This document shows, one piece after another, positions 60,464-64,000 of a DNA stretch of 64,000 nt. Below the pieces are notes generated by a model. That model saw only the letters and a list, made by a program, of their open reading frames with translations. It did no database searches and was not told the origin of the DNA. Both the position numbers and the translations under genes were made by a program. Numbering within the stretch: the first letter of the stretch is position 1; each line of letters starts with the position of its first letter. This stretch comes from Scyliorhinus canicula. Its lineage: Eukaryota. The stretch covers positions 77,413,830 through 77,477,829 of the forward strand of contig NC_052164.1 of NCBI RefSeq assembly GCF_902713615.1, written 5' to 3'.

Positions 60464-62110
60464 ATGGCTGCCGAGAAATCCGCCCCCATGTTTCGGAACG
60501 CCTGCCTGGAAAGTCTACTCGATGCAGTAGAGGCCCAACGTGATGTCCTCTATCCACGCACAGGAAAATAAAATCAGCCAGCAAGATCACCAACCCACTA
60601 TAGGAGGCAATGGCAGCAGTTGTGAGTGCCACCATCTTGCAGAAGAGGACATTCATCCAGTGCAGGAAGAGGTTGAATGATCTCCTCTGTTCTGCCTGGT
60701 TAAGTCACTATTCTCATTGCTCTTAACTCACACATCTACAGCAGTCTCACTCACTGACAGCTCAAGGGACACCACCACTCACTCTCCCGCACTCATCTTC
60801 ATCTTCACTGCAAGTTGTGTCCTCATCGCCTCCCTAGTACCACTCATCATCCACACATGCTGTGCTTCATTATTATCTGTCCTAGCACATATCCTATTTA
60901 CATTCGCTCCATCTGTCTTCATGCTGGGAGAACTGGCTAGCAACAAGAGGGAGAGATCCCAGACAGGGGGAGGGATGCCAGAGGGGAATGTCATCACAGA
61001 CTTCAAGCTCAGAGTGACTGGGGAGGATGTTGACCACTCCTGCGCTGACGGTGAGGTCAGTAGCGATAAAACCAAGTGAGGAGCCAATACTGCATTGTCC
61101 ATCCGACAGCAATGCTGTGAGTCATGTCTGCTGTTTCTGAAATCCCTTCCCATGCACTAATGACCTCTCCTTTCTGATAAAGACACATCTGGGAAGCAGC
61201 TGAGGGAGTCCACTAGCCAAGTCCTCGACTGCAGCCCCAAAAGCAGCGCAGAGGAGGGATTCGCAGACCCCGATATTGAAGACCCATCACAGTGCTCACC
61301 CACACCCTCTACCAGTACAGAGACAGACACCTCTGTCGGACCTAGTTTTTGAACAGCTTCGGAGTCACAATCTGGTGAGCACATTACACTTTCAGGTCTA
61401 CAGAAGTTGGAGGCAGGGGCGTCCCAGAGTGCTGTCATTCGTAAAATTGCTGGCAGCCAGTAATCCGCTGAGTCCCAGTCAGATGATGTGCCTCTGGACT
61501 TGCTCAATAGTTGGAGCTTCAAAGTCAAACTCTGGAAAATCAGGAAGGAATGTCTGGTACACCCTTCGGGATGCATTCCTCGTGTTGAAAGGCTGCATGG
61601 AAGAGTTCACCCACCTGATGTCTGAGGTGATTGTGCCGACACTCCAACTCAATGAAGTCAACACGGTTAGGGTTGCGGCTGCTGTGAAGACTTCAGCCCT
61701 GCACTGCTGCAGGACATGCATTCCATGGTGTAGGCACTTGCTGGGATCTATGAGTGCCAATGCCAGAGGGCGGCGGACTTTCTCGAGCTCACTCCAGCTG
61801 AGCCTCTATCCCGAGGAGGAAACCACCTATAGGGAGGAGGAGCAGCTGGTGACCACCTCAGGGCCATCCACCCAGGTGACCACAGGAGTGTCCCACCCGT
61901 TTGAATCCCCTCATCAGCTCCATCTCCACAGGCTGAGGAGGGTGGCACTGCCACACAGCAGGACCCCGAAAGAAGACTAAGGCCCTCTAGGTTTCGGCCC
62001 TCCAGAGGATGCCTGCCAAGGTCATCACAATCAACAGGGCCTTGCAAACAGGAGGCTGCCTCCACCTCTGCTGTGGGTGTTGCACTAACACATTGCGGCA
62101 GGGTTAGAAA
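60464..62110 (+). pseudogene. Degraded Harbinger Myb/SANT partner gene of another family
   Basis: MAAEKSAPMF....LESLLDAVEAQRDVLYP; exon 2 ELASNKRERSQTGGG; same exon organisation as 9468-8903. Confidence 0.75.
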
Positions 62111-62699
62111 GATTATGAAACACTAATCGCACAGTGTGGGCTCAGGTGTTAAGCACCTTTTAAAAATTAACTTACAGGATCAGGGTGTCACTGGCTAGAC
62201 CAGCATTTATTGCCCATCCCTAGTTGTCCTTCAAAAGGTGATGGTGAACTGTCTTCTTGAACCGCTGCAGTCCAGGTGATGTAGGTACTCCCACAGTGCT
62301 GTTCGAGAGGAAATTCCAGGATTCTGACAAAGCGACAGTGAAGGAATGGTGATATATTTCCAAATTAGGATGTTGAATGGCTTGCAGGGAACCTCCAGGT
62401 GGTGGTGTTCCCAGGTATCTGCTGCTCTTGTCCTTCTAGATGGCAGTGGTCATGGATTTGGCAGGTGCTATCTAAGGAACCTTATACATAATGCTCATCT
62501 CTGTAAATAAACTCTCCCTGATACACACTTTCTATGGCTCCTTGTTCCGATGAGCATTGCTGTGAGTTCAACCTGAAAACTGGATTCCTGTACCAGAAAA
62601 AGACAAGGTGCTCTGTCTAGGAGTTCCTCCATGTGCTTTGTGAAAGGTTTCCAGCATATTGGTGAGTTCCTTCACAACGATTGATCGTATCAATCATAC

Positions 62700-63790
62700 C
62701 TATTTTTTTGTAGGGAATGAGGATGTCTCCCACAGTATACAGGGCTGTTAACACTCAATCCAGTCATTAACCATGTGTGCTCTCTGCGCCTTTGTAGATG
62801 CAGCTGCTCCCTCAACCCATCTGCCGCAGTCTCTGGTGACAGTAAACCTCAAGGATTCAGCTTATGAAGGATGAAGCTACTTATTGCAGATGGTCATTGC
62901 CTGGCATTTGTGTGGTGCAAATGTTACTTACCACTTGTCACCTCAAGCCTGGATATTGTCCAGGCTTTGCAGCATTTGCACATGGACTCCTTCAGTGTCA
63001 GAGGAGTCACAAATGGTGCTGAACATTGTGAAATCATCAGCTGATATCCTCACATCTGGCCTTATGTTGGAAGAAACGTGAAAGATGGAGCAGCTGAAGG
63101 TGGTTGGGCCTACGACACTGTTCTGAGGAACTCCTGCAGTGTTGTCCTGGGTCTGAGATGACTGACCTCAAATCACCACAACCATTGTCCTTTGTGCTAG
63201 ATATGACTTCAACCAGTGGAGAGTTATGCCCGATTCCCATTGATTCCATTTTTGCTGCGGCTCCTTGATGCCATACAAGATCAAATGCTGCCTTGATGTC
63301 AAGGATAGTCACTCTCACCTCACCTCTGGAGTTCAGCTGTTTTGTCCATGTTTGAGCCAAGGCTGGAATGAGGTCAGGAGCTGCGTGGCCCTGGCGGAAT
63401 CCAAACCGAGCATCAATGAGCTGGTTATTGCTAAGTAAGTGCTGCTTAAATAGCACTGTTGATGATCCTGTCCATCACTTTACTGATGATTGAAAGTAGA
63501 ATGATAGGGCAGTAATTGGCAGGGTTGGATTTGCCCAGCTTTTTGTGTGCAGGACAAACCCGGACAATGTTACACATTGCCTGGTAGATGCCAGTATTGT
63601 AGCTGTACTGAAACAGCTTGGCTGGGGGCATGGCAAGTTCTAGAGCACATATCTTCAGTGCTATTGCCGGAATATTGTCAGGGCCTACAACCTTTGCCGT
63701 ATCCAGTGCCTTCAGCCATTTCTTGATATCATGTGGGGTAAATCGAAATGGCTGAAGACTGGCGTCTGTGATGTTGGGGACCTCTGGAGG
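62700..63790 (-). mobile_element. Degraded non-LTR retrotransposon RT (L2/CR1 superfamily)
   Basis: GPDNIP, NYCPIILLSIISKV, FGFRQGH, LDIKAAFDLVWH. Confidence 0.85.
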
Positions 63791-64000
63791 ATACCCCAAA
63801 TGAGATTCCTGATAGTGAATGGCGGGACACGCGGCCCGCCGCTAACTGGGCGGGGGGGGGATGTACACGGCAAGCTTTCATGCCGACATAAAATGTGACT
63901 TTGTCCTTCTTACGGTATCCCCTCACCACATTGCTGAACCCACCCGACTGGATAGGTGGGGTTGTTTTCTTTGGAGCTGAGAACAAGGCTGAGGGGGACC

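Overview
Repeat-dense vertebrate genomic DNA, most likely from a cartilaginous fish. This is an inference from HE1-type tRNA-SINEs, CR1 LINEs with (TTCTATG)n tails and Harbinger/MITE families. No prokaryotic system is present. The only clear host gene is on the minus strand: three symmetric phase-1 exons that splice in frame into an IgSF receptor-like ectodomain. These are a V domain with a germline J-like GxGTxLxV motif (26119-25772), a C1-set domain (22989-22651) and a C2/I-set domain (16431-16108). Its leader and transmembrane exons are not confidently located. The rest is nested mobile DNA. A complete 9.66-kb Harbinger transposon (35-9692) carries a dead transposase, a Myb/SANT partner gene and three tandem-repeat expansions. 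A Ty3/Gypsy element (9746-13994) has no tRNA PBS but has a 16-nt leader/LTR complementarity covering AATAAA, suggesting self-priming or poly(A) occlusion. A full-length L1 with TSD (31372-37099) has an ORF2 broken only by three TGG>TGA stops. Also present are CR1, L2-like, Penelope-like and older Gypsy/Harbinger fragments, many SINEs and MITEs, and a 5S rRNA pseudogene. All family assignments come from motif recognition by eye, not from database searches. Frameshifts next to long G/C runs could be sequencing errors.
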